Source: Squalus acanthias (Eukaryota). From it: 64,000 bases of DNA. Below the pieces are notes generated by a model, which saw only the letters and a list, made by a program, of their open reading frames with translations, did no database searches and had not been told where the DNA came from. This document shows, in pieces, positions 50,168 through 60,589 of the stretch (position 1 is the stretch's first letter; each line of letters begins with the position of its first letter). The DNA lies in the NCBI GenBank assembly GCA_030390025.1, contig CM059433.1:1674001-1738000 (forward strand), written 5' to 3'. The position numbers and the translations under genes were made by a program.

Positions 50168-50465
50168 TGTGTGAGCTCAGTATAAGAAAAAAGTAAATAG
50201 ACATGAATAGAAAGGGGAACAAAACTTTTCTGAGCACGAGTGGATGTTTGGATGAGGGTCACAGCTTTCGATGGGCTGTTACATTGAACCGCTGAAGGAC
50301 ACCCATATTGTGATGATTTTAACAGATGGATTAAAAAATCCGCAAACATTTTGGGTTTTCTGAGACTCAGTTCAAATTAAATCTGTATAAATTCTAAAAC
50401 TATATAAATAAATAAAAGGAAATTCCTGCATCTGTGGAAGTTGCAGATACCTCTTAACCCATTTC

Positions 50466-50917
50466 AGAACATAAGAAATAGGAGCAGGAGTCGGCCATAC
50501 GGCCCCTCGAGCCTGCTCCGCCACACGGACCCTCGAGCCTGCTCCGCCATTTGGCCCCTCGAGCCTGTTCCACCATACGGCCCCTCGAGCCTGCTCCGCC
50601 ACACGGCCCCTCGAGCCTGCTCCGCCACACGGACCCTCGAGCCTGCTCCGCCACACGGCCCCTCGAGCCTGCTCCACCACACGGCTCCTTCGAGCCTGCT
50701 CCGCCATTCAATAAGATCATGGCTGACCTTCGACCTCAACTCCACTTTCCCGCCCGATCCCCATATCCCTTGATTCCCCTCGAGTCCAAAATTCTATCTC
50801 AGCCTCGAATATACTCAACGATTCAGCATCCACAGTCCTCTGGGGCAGAGAATTCCAAAGCTTCACAACCCTGTGAAGAAATTCCTCCTCATCTCAGTCT
50901 TAAATGGCTGACCTATT
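50466..50917 (-). mobile_element. CR1 3' end, interrupted by a Harbinger-type insertion (resumes ~52687-52717)
   Basis: 'agaacataagaaataggagcaggagtcggccat...ttcaataagatcatggctga...gaaattcctcctcatctcagtcttaaatgg', then 'ctgagactatgccccctagttcta' after the insert. Confidence 0.88.
50500..50706 (+). repeat. 26-bp tandem repeat, ~8 copies (cggcccctcgagcctgctccgccaca), within the CR1 3' UTR
   Basis: Direct reading. Confidence 0.93.
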
Positions 50918-52684
50918 GGCCAGAATTTTGCCCACCTGGGCGGGTCCAGTGCGGCCGGTGTCCGTGGCGGGTCGCGACCCCGCTGCTGGCTCCATCCCGC
51001 TGTAAAAAATGAACTTACCTTCATGGGGCCTATTAAGCCCCGCCCAGCATGTCACCTGCCCAATGAGATGGAGCGGGTCTGGTGACATCATTCATGACGT
51101 GGTTTCAGCTGGGATCTTTAAAGGGACCCTGGCCACATTAGATTTGAAGTTTAATCTAACACAGTGCTGTTAGTGCACTCCAGCATTGAGAGCTGCAAAC
51201 ACCGACAATTACTGCACAGAGGCAGAGGGCTGCACCCGGGTTCTCCGATGACTCCCTCCATATGCTTATGGAGGGTGTCAGAGCATGTAAGGAGGTCCTC
51301 TTCCCTTCCGATGGTTGGAAGAGACATCCACAGGAGACCAAGACAGCCTGGTTGCAGATTGCAGAGGAGGTCACAAGCAGGGATGTGGTCAGGAGGACCT
51401 GGGTGCAGTGCTGCAAACACTTCAATGATCTCAGTAGATCAGGAAACGTTAGTACAAAGCCACACTCACCTACATCCTGCTGTGCCTCTCATCACATCCC
51501 CATCACTCTGCCTTCCCTACCCTACTCCTGCACATCCTTACTCACACCAACTTACCCTTGCACCTCCACCCATCCCTCTCTATCTACATTATCACATCCC
51601 CATCTCACGAGCCACCCCTCACACTCACCCTCATCCTAGTGCAATCATACCAACTAACACACAAGGGTAAGCACTTGGGTGCTTTATGCAATGTTTATGT
51701 AAAGTTTCTGTTAATGTGGTGTCAAATATAAAAATCTTTATTTTCAAAACTTTGTATTCTTGGACAAATCTGTGAGTGCCCTTTGGAAGTGGCTTAGTGA
51801 GTTGCAGTGAATGGTGAGACATAACGGTACCTCCCGCAATGATGGTGAGTGTGAAAGGAATGGCTTGGGCATTGTAGGGATGCTTTATGGTGTTGGTGTG
51901 GGGTGGTGCCAACCTGGCGCATCATGTGGCAGCCAGGGTGTACAGCGTAAAGTGAAGTAAATCTGGCCATGGTGAGGCCATCCCTGGACTCCCGGGCAGC
52001 AATGTGCTCGGGTGCTGATGCCCTCTGTCTTGTGCAGCATCAGGTGATTGCGGAGAAGGTTGGTTTTGTTGTTGGTGCTGCTGGTGTTCGTGGTCCGATT
52101 CTGAGGACCAAGGTGAGAGAGTATAAACGGCACCCATGTTGATGGAATAGATGGCAGATGAAGTACAGATGACAGAAGCAATCTGTCAATGGAGAGAGAG
52201 TTCTTCCAATGAGGTGAGACTGGATGGAGACTTTGCTGGAAAGACTTGCAGCCTGCAGAATCTGTGCTGGAAATGGACTGAGCAACAGCTTCTGCCTGAG
52301 GAAAGTGATCACCTGTCAGGTGGGAGCTTTTACTGAACATTTGATGCTGTCAAGTAATCAGCTGGAGCAATGGCCACTGAACTCCCTGCCTCAGGTTGAC
52401 ATGGTTCCCGAGCTGCGTGAATCCCGTGGCCATGCAGGGAAACTTAAAAGGTAAGTGAAAAAAGACTCTTCAGTGCCTGTCAACTACCTGATAATGATTT
52501 CAATTGAGTCGCCCGCTGCTGCCGGCCGGGTCGGGTCGGGTCGACTCTGCGATGACAGACGCGCCGGGGGGAAAGGTGCGTGGGGGCGGACTGACAGCGA
52601 GTTCCCGACTTGCGGTCAAAAAAAACAACTTTCCCACCCGACCCGCCACCGATCACGCCCGCTACCACCCCGGAAAATTCCGGC
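50918..52684. mobile_element. Internally deleted PIF/Harbinger transposon (~1.77 kb)
   Basis: TIR-like ggccagaatttt / aaaattccggc; contains a Myb/SANT relic (+) and a convergent putative transposase N-terminus (-); splits a CR1. Confidence 0.8.
51208..51447 (+). pseudogene. Harbinger-associated Myb/SANT-like (trihelix, NAIF1/MSANTD-type) DNA-binding domain, first-exon relic
   Basis: QRAAPGFSDDSLHMLMEGVRACKEVLFPSDG..TKTAWLQIAEEV..RRTWVQCCKHFNDL fits the F(S/T)xxE..L..V...W..IA..V...R(T/S)..Q..K(R/K)(W/F).DL pattern; followed by donor-like 'gttagt'; presumed ATG reads ATT. Confidence 0.85.
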
Positions 52685-53182
52685 AATGTTCCTGAGACTA
52701 TGCCCCCTAGTTCTAAACTCGCCAAAAAAAGGCCAGAATTGCACAAACTCTTATCTATTTCTTAGCATTGAATGCATTTACTGCTATTGCTTTTACATCA
52801 GCACATTCTCAAAGGTTGAGAGAAACATACAGTTGTGGTATTTGGTATGTAGATCAATATACCTCCAGTTTACTTTACATAAATATTTGTAAAAGTTAAT
52901 TAAAATTATGATTTATTACAAGGCCAAAGGAAAACAAAAGGAGTTGGAATAGGCTGAGATCACTGTTCAACTACTTATGAAGTTGACACAATATTGTTCC
53001 ATGTATAATATTTTTTAACAAGATACAAGATGTAGTTGTTTTCATGCTTTTATCCAGATTCACCTGTGTTTTACATTTGAAACAATAGTATGAAGAAGAT
53101 CAGCCTCTCTGCCAATGACAAACCTACAGCAGGTTCCATCCTGGAATAGGGGGGCTGAGAACTGATGTTTGCATGAGATAAT

Positions 53183-53654
53183 AAAAGAAAGAAAGACTTG
53201 CATTTATACAGCACCTTTCACAATCTCAGGACATCCCAAAGCACTTTACAGCCAATGAAGTACTTTTGAAGTGTAGTCACTGTTGTAATGTGGGAAACGC
53301 AGCAGCCAATTTGCGCACAGCAAGCTCCCACAAACATCAATGTGATAATGACCAGATAATCTGGTTTTTAGTGATGTTGATTGAGGGATAAAGGTGGCCA
53401 GGACACCAGGTATAACTCCCCTGCTCTTCTTCCAAATAGTGCCATGGGATCTTTTACATCCACCTGAGAGAGCAGACGGGGCCTCGGTTTAACGTCTCAT
53501 CTGAAAGACGGCACCTCCGACAGTGCAGCGCTCCCTCAGCACTGCATTGGGAGTGTCAGCCTAGCTTTATGTGCTCAAGTCTCTGGAGTGGGACTTGAAC
53601 CCACGACCTTCATGACTCAGAGGCGAGTGTGCTACCCACTGAGCCACGGCTGAC
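53183..53654 (-). mobile_element. Full-length tRNA-derived Deu-domain SINE (SacSINE1-like)
   Basis: Minus strand: A box TGGCTCAGTGG, B box GGTTCAAGTCCC, Deu core 'tgtcggaggtgccgtctttcagatgagacgttaaaccgagg...gatcccatggcac', (cttt)n tail. Confidence 0.93.
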
Positions 53655-53673
53655 AAATGTGCTGTGTAACATT

Positions 53674-54413
53674 GGGCCGTATATTCCGATCCCTACAGGT
53701 GTGTACGCGCTGTGTACACACCCGTAGGGACATCGGAAATGTTGGTTTCAGGCATGCCAAGCGCATGTGCTGAAAACCGGCATTTCCAATCTGTGAAGAA
53801 AGCTCTTGACAGATCGGACACCTAGTTCCACTTTCTGCAGACCCTCCGCCCGCAGAAAACCCTTAGAAATCTTACGTCTGGTAGAAGCAGGCGTAAGGCA
53901 TAAGGCCTGCTTTTACCAGCATAAGAGTTGAAAAAAAGTTAAAAAAAAAAGAATTTTCAGTCATTTCTAATTTAAAAATACTTTTAAAAAAGGTAAGTTT
54001 ATTTTTAGCCCCGTAAAAAACTTTAATTATTTTTTTCAAAAAATTAAATTTTTGTTTAAAATATTAAATTTATTGTAATTTCAACTCATTTTAAAAATGT
54101 GATTTAAAAAAAAATTATTTAATGTTTTACAGTGTTTTTGGGATCATCTCCATTCATATATTTGACGGGTCTACCTGTCAAGTGTATGAAGGGAGATTCC
54201 CTTCTCCTATTGGCTCCCCATGGCCCATGTGATCCCAGGGACGCATTGCGAACCGCCTGCGCCCCCGGGATACGTGGGCCCTGCGCACTTGGAGTTTGGA
54301 GAGGCCCAGGAGCGGAAGTATACGCACCTCGGGAGCCCTCAGGTAAGCTCATAGATTTTTTCCCGATCGGAGGCCTCCGCACACAGGAAGTCTCCGATCG
54401 GAAAATACGGCCC
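53674..54413. mobile_element. Non-autonomous TIR element (740 bp)
   Basis: 18-bp TIR with one mismatch, gggccgtatattccgatc / gatcggaaaatacggccc; AT-rich core is the inverted homologue of 19880-20030; flanks ATT/AGT. Confidence 0.88.
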
Positions 54414-55145
54414 AGTATTGCATGCATTACCATGGCGCGGATCATAAAACTCCTTCTTAGATTTAATATTCCTTCAAAAATATCGAGTAACAGCGTATTT
54501 CTATAGGTGCCCAACAAGAGCACTTAAAAAATGTAATAGATGAGAAAGTTGACATTTTCTTGAGGTCCAGACAGTGAATACCAGCAATGACACAAGTAGC
54601 GTTTGGTTTGATGTGCAATTAGTGCCAATAGGTGCAGCAGATCGTTTACAGCACAGAGTTTGTGTGCGCTCATTGAAAAAGTAAGAGATATTTTAATCTG
54701 AACAGCCATATTAGTAGTTGATCTCATTACATAATCCTTAAAGAGATGGCTCTGGAATGTATGGATAAATAACAGGGTCATGACCTTAGTTGCTTGCAGA
54801 TGTTGCTCCAGTTTGACACCTGCAAATCATTTGGCAGTCCATGTTTATTTGGTATTGCTGAGTGCTACCAGTCTTCCCTCCGCTTGTTTTTCCTCCACAT
54901 AGCCGCTCCCTGGAGATAGCAGAGCCAAGAAGATACTTTAGTTTGATCTTTCTGAGATACACACTTTTTTTTTAAATTATGAGGATCACGAGAATATCAT
55001 TATTGCTGCACAAAGCAATTGTGTAAACAAAATAGCCAGTTTTCAGAGTTCCAGGAGTTCGCAGTGAAGGAAGTTAAGAAGCAACCAAATGGCTTTACAC
55101 ATTGTATTCAGAACAGAATGGATGGACTCTTCCAGGTTACAGATG

Positions 55146-55299
55146 AAAATGAGAAGTCGCACAACACCAGGTTATAGTCCAACAGTTTTATTTGAAATTA
55201 CTTCAAAGTAATTTCAAATAAAACTGTTGGACTATAACCTGGTGTTGTGCGACTTCTCATTTTTGTCCACCCCAGTCCAACACCGGCATCTCCGCATCA
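55146..55299. mobile_element. Palindromic Penelope-like element terminal remnant with TSD
   Basis: ~58-bp perfect inverted arms (55146-55264) plus tail 'gtccaccccagtccaacaccggcatctccgcatca'; TSD aggttacaga at 55134-55143 and 55300-55309; same family as 59194-59412. Confidence 0.8.
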
Positions 55300-55642
55300 A
55301 GGTTACAGACGGACCAGGCTATGCAGGCAAGTTTCAACCATCTCCATTTTATTGTTGAACACAACACTGAAATAAAGCCACCCAGCAGAGCAAGTTTCCA
55401 TGGGGAAAAAAAGAAGAAATTAAATCAAATGGGAGCAAAGTCAACGACTGCTACCAGGCTCAAGCAGAGAATGGCCACTCATTGTTCAGAGATTCTGCCT
55501 GTACATTAGGGCAGAAAATTGTGTTAAAATGTCTAAATCCGGATAGAACCAAATCTTATAGACGAGGAACCCACCAAAAAGATGTCACTGTCTCGTAATT
55601 CCGAATCCAGAAGGAGTAGGTGCCAGCCTGCAGACTGAGTGA

Positions 55643-55900
55643 GATATCGGTACCAAAAACCATCAGAATATACAGGAAAGGGTTAAACTGAATGCATTGA
55701 AAAAGAAAAAATGGTTTTGAATAGGAAATAGTCCTGATGAGGAGAATGTGAAAGGATTATCTGCAGCAATTGAGAAATTTGTACAGCTCTTATCTTCAGA
55801 CACTCCCTATGGTCTTAAGGAAATAGAGATAGGAAATATCTCCACAAATTCAGATAACCTTATCGCCTCCTATATATCCTCTAATGGCTTTGAGCCATGA
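55643..55900 (+). pseudogene. Possible decayed L1/Tx1 ORF1-like fragment
   Basis: DIGTKNHQNIQERVKLNALKKKKWF*IGNSPDEENVKGLSAAIEKFVQLL loosely resembles the L1 ORF1 'RRNNLRIxGxPE...FIEKL' region; weak similarity by eye. Confidence 0.25.
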
Positions 55901-55948
55901 TAGCTCCATTTTTAAAATGCAATGAACTAAAAGTAGACAAACAAATAT

Positions 55949-57498
55949 TACATAGGATTACATCGGATTACATAGGATATTCGGCACAGAAACAGGCCAT
56001 TCGGCCCAACCAGTCCATACCGGCGTTTATGCTCCACTCGAGCCTCCTCCCGTCTTTCCTCATCTAAATCTATCAGCATAACCCTCTATTCCCTTCTCCC
56101 TCATATGCTTGTCCAGCCTCCCCTTAAATGCATCTATACTATTCGCTTCAACCACTCCCTGTGGTAGCGAGTTCCACATTCTCACCACTCTCTGGGTAAA
56201 GAAGTTTCTTCTGAATTCCCTATTGGATTTCTTGGGCCTTATACTAAACATCCGTAAGACAAACGTCCTCTACCAACCTGCCCCCGCCACACAGTACTGC
56301 CCCCCGATTATCAAAATCCACGACAAGGCCTTGGACAACGTGGACCACTTTCCATACCTCGAGAGCCTACTGCCAACAAGGGCAGACGTCGATGACGAAG
56401 TCCAACACCGCCTTCAGTGTGCCAGTGCAGCCTTCGGTCGCCTGAGGAAAAGAGTGTTTGAAGACCAGGACCTCAAACCCAGCACCAAGCTCATGGTCTA
56501 CAGAGCAGCAGTGATACCCTCCCTCCTGTATGCCTCAGAGACATGGACCATGTACAGCAGGCACCTCAAAGCACTGGAGAGGTACCACCAACGCTGCCTC
56601 TGCAAGATCCTGCAAATCCATTGGCAGGATAGGCGCACCAACATCAATGTTCTCGCTCAGGCCAACATCCCCAGCATTGAAACTTTGACCACGCTCGATC
56701 AGCTCCGTTGGACAGGTCACATCGTCCACATGCCCGTACGAGACTCCCAAAACAAGCGCTCTACTCGGAGCTCCGACACGGCAAGAGAGCCCCAGGTGGG
56801 CAGAGGAAACGCTTCAAGGACACTCTCAAAGCCTCCTTGAAAAAGTGCAACATCCCCACCGACACCTGGGAATCCCTGGCCCAAGACCGTACAAAGTGGA
56901 GGAGAAGCATCCGGGAAGGCGCCAAACACCTCGAGTCTCTTCGCCGGGAGCAAGCGGAAGCCAAGTGCAAACAGCAGAAGGAGCGCACGTCAACCCAAGC
57001 ACCCCACCCACCCGCCCCTTCAACCACCATCTGCCCCACCTGTGACAGAGACTGTAGGTCCCATATTGGGCTCATCAGTCACCTGAGAACTCATTTTTAA
57101 TGTGGAAGCAAGTCATCCTCGGTTCCGAGGGACTGCCTAAGAGAGAGAGATTGGATTTCTTGGTGACTATCTTATATTGATGGCCTCTAGTTATGCTCTT
57201 CCCCACAAGTGGAAACATTCTCTCTGTATCCACTCTATCAAAACCTTTCATAATTTTAAAGATCTCTATTAGGTCACCCCTCAGCCTTCTTTTTTCAAGA
57301 GAAAAGAGACCCAGCCTGTTCGTCCTTTCCGGATATGTATACCCTCGCATTTCTGGTCTCATCCTTGTAAATCTTCTCTGCACCTCTCCAGTGCCTCTAT
57401 ATCCTTTTGTAATATATATATATATATATAATATGGCGACCAGAACTGTACGCAGTACTCTCTAAGTGTGGTCTAACCAAGGTTCGATACAGGTTTAG
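55949..57498 (-). mobile_element. CR1 LINE 3' portion, split by an RTE insertion
   Basis: QRRFTRM..GYTYPERTNRLGLFSLEKRRLRGDLIEIFKIMKG..TRGH (57075-57383) continues as REFRRNFFTQRVVRMWNSLP (56060-56235); (tacataggat)n tail at 55949-55979. Confidence 0.95.
56236..57149 (+). mobile_element. 5'-truncated RTE-clade LINE with 14-bp TSD
   Basis: GLILNIRKT..VDHFPYL..TKLMVYRAAVIPSLLYASETW..QLRWTGH, frameshift, RLPKQALYSEL..GGQRKRFKD..C2H2 finger CPTC..HLRTH; (ga)n tail; TSD attggatttcttgg at 56222-56235 and 57150-57163. Confidence 0.95.
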
Positions 57499-57540
57499 TC
57501 AAAACTGTTACTTGTAGGCTTTGAATTTACACATTTTTTT

Positions 57541-59186
57541 GGGGGGGGTGGGGCGGTGCATTCTGGGGCAGGACGCACTTCCACCGGGTTTCTGCCCTGT
57601 AATGTCCGATGTGTCTGAGGCCAACCATGTGTGCTCACTGAGGCTGCTGGGAGTGTAGTAACATATATTCAAATGAGGATGACCAGCGTGGGAGAGTCCA
57701 AAACCCGGGACTCGAACCCCCAATGGATCAATCGTAATTAATGATGAATTAAAGGAGGATGTTGCTCAGATCAGCTGGTGATGATGGAAGGGCTTTACTT
57801 TGGAGCCTGCACCTTGAAGGAACTTTGAGGACTAATTGCTGGAGTTACAGAAGAGCTTTTGGAGCATTTACTTTTGCTTTGCTTTTCACCTGGACAGAAC
57901 GCCTCCGACAGCCTGCAAGACCACTAGGGAAATATTCCATCGCCACGAAGTAAGAGGTTCTGAGGTACAGCTCTGGGTTTCCCAATGGACATTCCCTTGT
58001 TTCCAATATTATTGGAGCAGCAATACAGGATGGGGGAATGGAGGGTGAGGCAGCATTGGAGCAGAGGATGTGCCTTACAAAGTATCACCCCTCCAAAAAC
58101 AATTTGCAGCCCATACAGCTCGAATGAAGACCTTAGTGAGGAGCTCTGCATGATAAGGGGGTGCTTAACCCAGAGGCTGTAGGACAGCTGTGCCACCTTC
58201 TGTACAAAGACCTGCAGCCAAGATCATCTGCCTGTGAAAGTAAAATAAGCCAACTTTTATGCCACTGCCTCATTTCTAGCAGCCACTGGGAACCAGGTGT
58301 ACATTTGTCAGGTTACTGACACCATTTCTAGGACAGCAAGGGAGTTCATTCAGTGTGGCATGAATGCTAGGGGGCAGCGTGATAGGGCCGTACAGTTTTA
58401 TTAAGTTGCTGGGTTCCCTAAAGCACAGGGTGCAGTAGATGGGATTCACACAGCATTTTGAGCTTGTACAGCAAAACCCTACAGCAGAATCTGGATCCTG
58501 GGATTCTTGTCTGGCATGGTCCTCATCATCCTCATCCTTTCATCAGCATTGTAATCTACCAAGAAATTCCTTCCCTCTCTCTCCTCCTCCTCTACATCAT
58601 TTTCCACTGTCTCCCCATTGCTGTGATGGATCTGCAGGAAAGGATGGCATAAACTAGGAATGAGTGAACATAACCTCCTGAGATGAAGGAGCCAGTTAAG
58701 ATTGAGGAGGCTTCTGGCTGACTGTTTCTCAAGTGCACGGTGCTCATCAGTGACATCATCTGTAGACACAGCGTCAGGGTCCACAGGAGTGCTGACGACA
58801 ACCAGCTCTACCTCACTACAACCCCTCTCAACCCTTCATCTGCCTTTGTGTCGTCAGCTTGTTCGACATTCAGTCCTGGATTACGGCAATTTCCTCCAGT
58901 TAAACATTGGGAATTCTGAGCACTCTTACTCCTCCTGGCCCCACAAAATCTGTAAAAAAAACAAACGTACCTCTTGGGAGAGACCTCTAGCGGGGCCTTT
59001 AAAGATCGCCGGTGAGACATCTCAACACCTGAAGAAAGTGGGGCTGGCTTGCCCCATGCATTCTTTGCCCATTTCTCCTTGAATATTGCATTTGGGGTCC
59101 TACAACAGGCGTACAAGCCCAGTTTACAGATTTAAGTAGCCGCCCACCTGTTTTGGACTGGAGTGATGTGTGCCAATTTTAAAGGC
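57541..59186. mobile_element. Highly decayed PIF/Harbinger element
   Basis: Contains a HARBI1-like transposase relic; G-rich left end and 'ccaattttaaaggcc' right end; boundaries uncertain. Confidence 0.55.
58040..58465 (+). pseudogene. HARBI1-like DDE transposase relic (frameshifts, deletions, stops)
   Basis: Piecewise translation: DLSEELC..R, EAVGQLCHLLYKDLQP, LPVKVK, NFYATASF, FY*VAGFPKAQGAVDGIH, matching the Harbinger motifs FYATGSFQ and AGFP.V.GAIDCTH. Confidence 0.82.
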
Positions 59187-59193
59187 CTTCCTG

Positions 59194-59412
59194 AAAGTGA
59201 GAAGTCGCACAACACCAGGTTATAGTCCAACAGTTTTATTTGAAATCACAAGCTTTCGGAGCGGCTGCTCCTTCGTCAGGTGAAGTTGACCTGACGAAGG
59301 AACAGCAGCTCCGAAAGCTTGTGATTTCAAATAAAACTGTTGGACTATAACCTGGTGTTGTGCGACTTCTCACTTTTGTCCACCCCAGTCCAACACCGGC
59401 ATCTCCGCATCA
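59194..59412. mobile_element. Palindromic Penelope-like element terminal remnant with TSD
   Basis: ~88-bp near-perfect inverted arms (59194-59375) plus the same 3' tail as the 55146 copy; TSD ttcctgaaagt at 59188-59198 and 59413-59423. Confidence 0.85.
59246..59283 (-). ncRNA. Minimal type I hammerhead-ribozyme-like motif (Penelope-associated variant); second copy on + strand at ~59291-59324
   Basis: Minus strand reads UCAC-CUGACGA-A-GGAGC(AGCC)GCUCC-GAAA-GC-UU-GUGA: core boxes CUGANGA and GAAA, 5-bp stem II, 4-bp stem I. Confidence 0.6.
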
Positions 59413-60120
59413 TTCCTGAAAGTTGATTGAGGTGAGTGAACGAGTGCACAAGGTCCCCACCAGACTGTCAACAGTCGGTCGCCCATTTCTCAGGTAAGAA
59501 ACGGGTAGTCGTCAGTTGAAAGTCTCCCTCAATGTATTGGTGCCCATGGTGCTTGTTGTAGCAGCTTCTCAAAGTGTGCTAGGTGAAAGAGATAACAGTA
59601 TTAGGTTCCTCATCCTTGACTTGTTAAACAAATCAGTTCAGTGTGTAAGCTAATTAGTACTATCCCTTGTTGTAGCAGCTGTTCATTTCAAACTCCTATA
59701 AAATTTCTTGCTTTCTACTCTCTGCCTTACAACATCAAGAATTCAGTCTAATTACTCACCATGAACCATTCTTTTTATGAGAAATAGACAGGGCTTATAG
59801 TGATTATTTGTGTATTCAGTTGGCAATTAAATATGACAATGTTTGCATGTTACTTTTCACTAAGTAATTATATATTACAGTATACCTCTGTCAATGACAT
59901 GCACTGTGACGCATTTATTTTTAATCATTTATTTTCTGTCAAGTACAATAATGTTCTAGTTGGTATGGCACTGTGTACTCAAAAATTACACAGCAATTAA
60001 TATTAATAATATTTTTTAAAGAAAAATGTTCAAAATAAAGGAATTATGTATGTATATAGGAGAATAATTGTATTTATAAAATTTTAATGCAAGACCTACA
60101 AAGAATTGTAACTAACTTAA

Positions 60121-60361
60121 TCTTGATACCCTTACCTAACAAAAATCTCTGAATCAAAGACGGATAAATGAAGTTGAGGTGCAGATTAGCCATGGTCTGA
60201 TTGAATAGCAGAACAGCTTTGAAAGGCTGAATGGCCCACACCTGATTTTGCTCATGAATGGTCTAGCTCTAATTTTAAGACCGTGCCCCCTTGATCTGAA
60301 TTCCCCCACCAGAGGAAATAGTTTCTCTGTATCTACCCTATCGAATCCCGTTATCATTTTT
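60121..60361 (-). mobile_element. Rearranged CR1 3' fragment
   Basis: ITGFDRVDTEKLFPLVGEFRSRGH on the minus strand; 60150-60238 is CR1 3' UTR in the opposite orientation. Confidence 0.75.
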
Positions 60362-60589
60362 ACGGGTGTAAAATGGGTGCTCCAAAGACAGCTGAAAAAC
60401 TTCCCACCCTCGCCATTTTTCAGGAGTCCCTGGCGGCTGCCTAAAGCAGGCGTTAGGCTTGTTACATATGTATCTGAGAGTCCTAATGCCTATCTGAGGC
60501 TCTCTCTGCTAAGTTGGTTTGGATTGAGCGGGGTCAGTGTCAAGCCTGCTCCATTCAAGGATTTCTTTAGGCGGCAGCAGCAGTAGGCA

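Noticed and set aside
53585..53654. Possible tRNA gene (A and B boxes)
   Set aside because: It is the tRNA-derived head of a SINE, continuous with the Deu domain and tail
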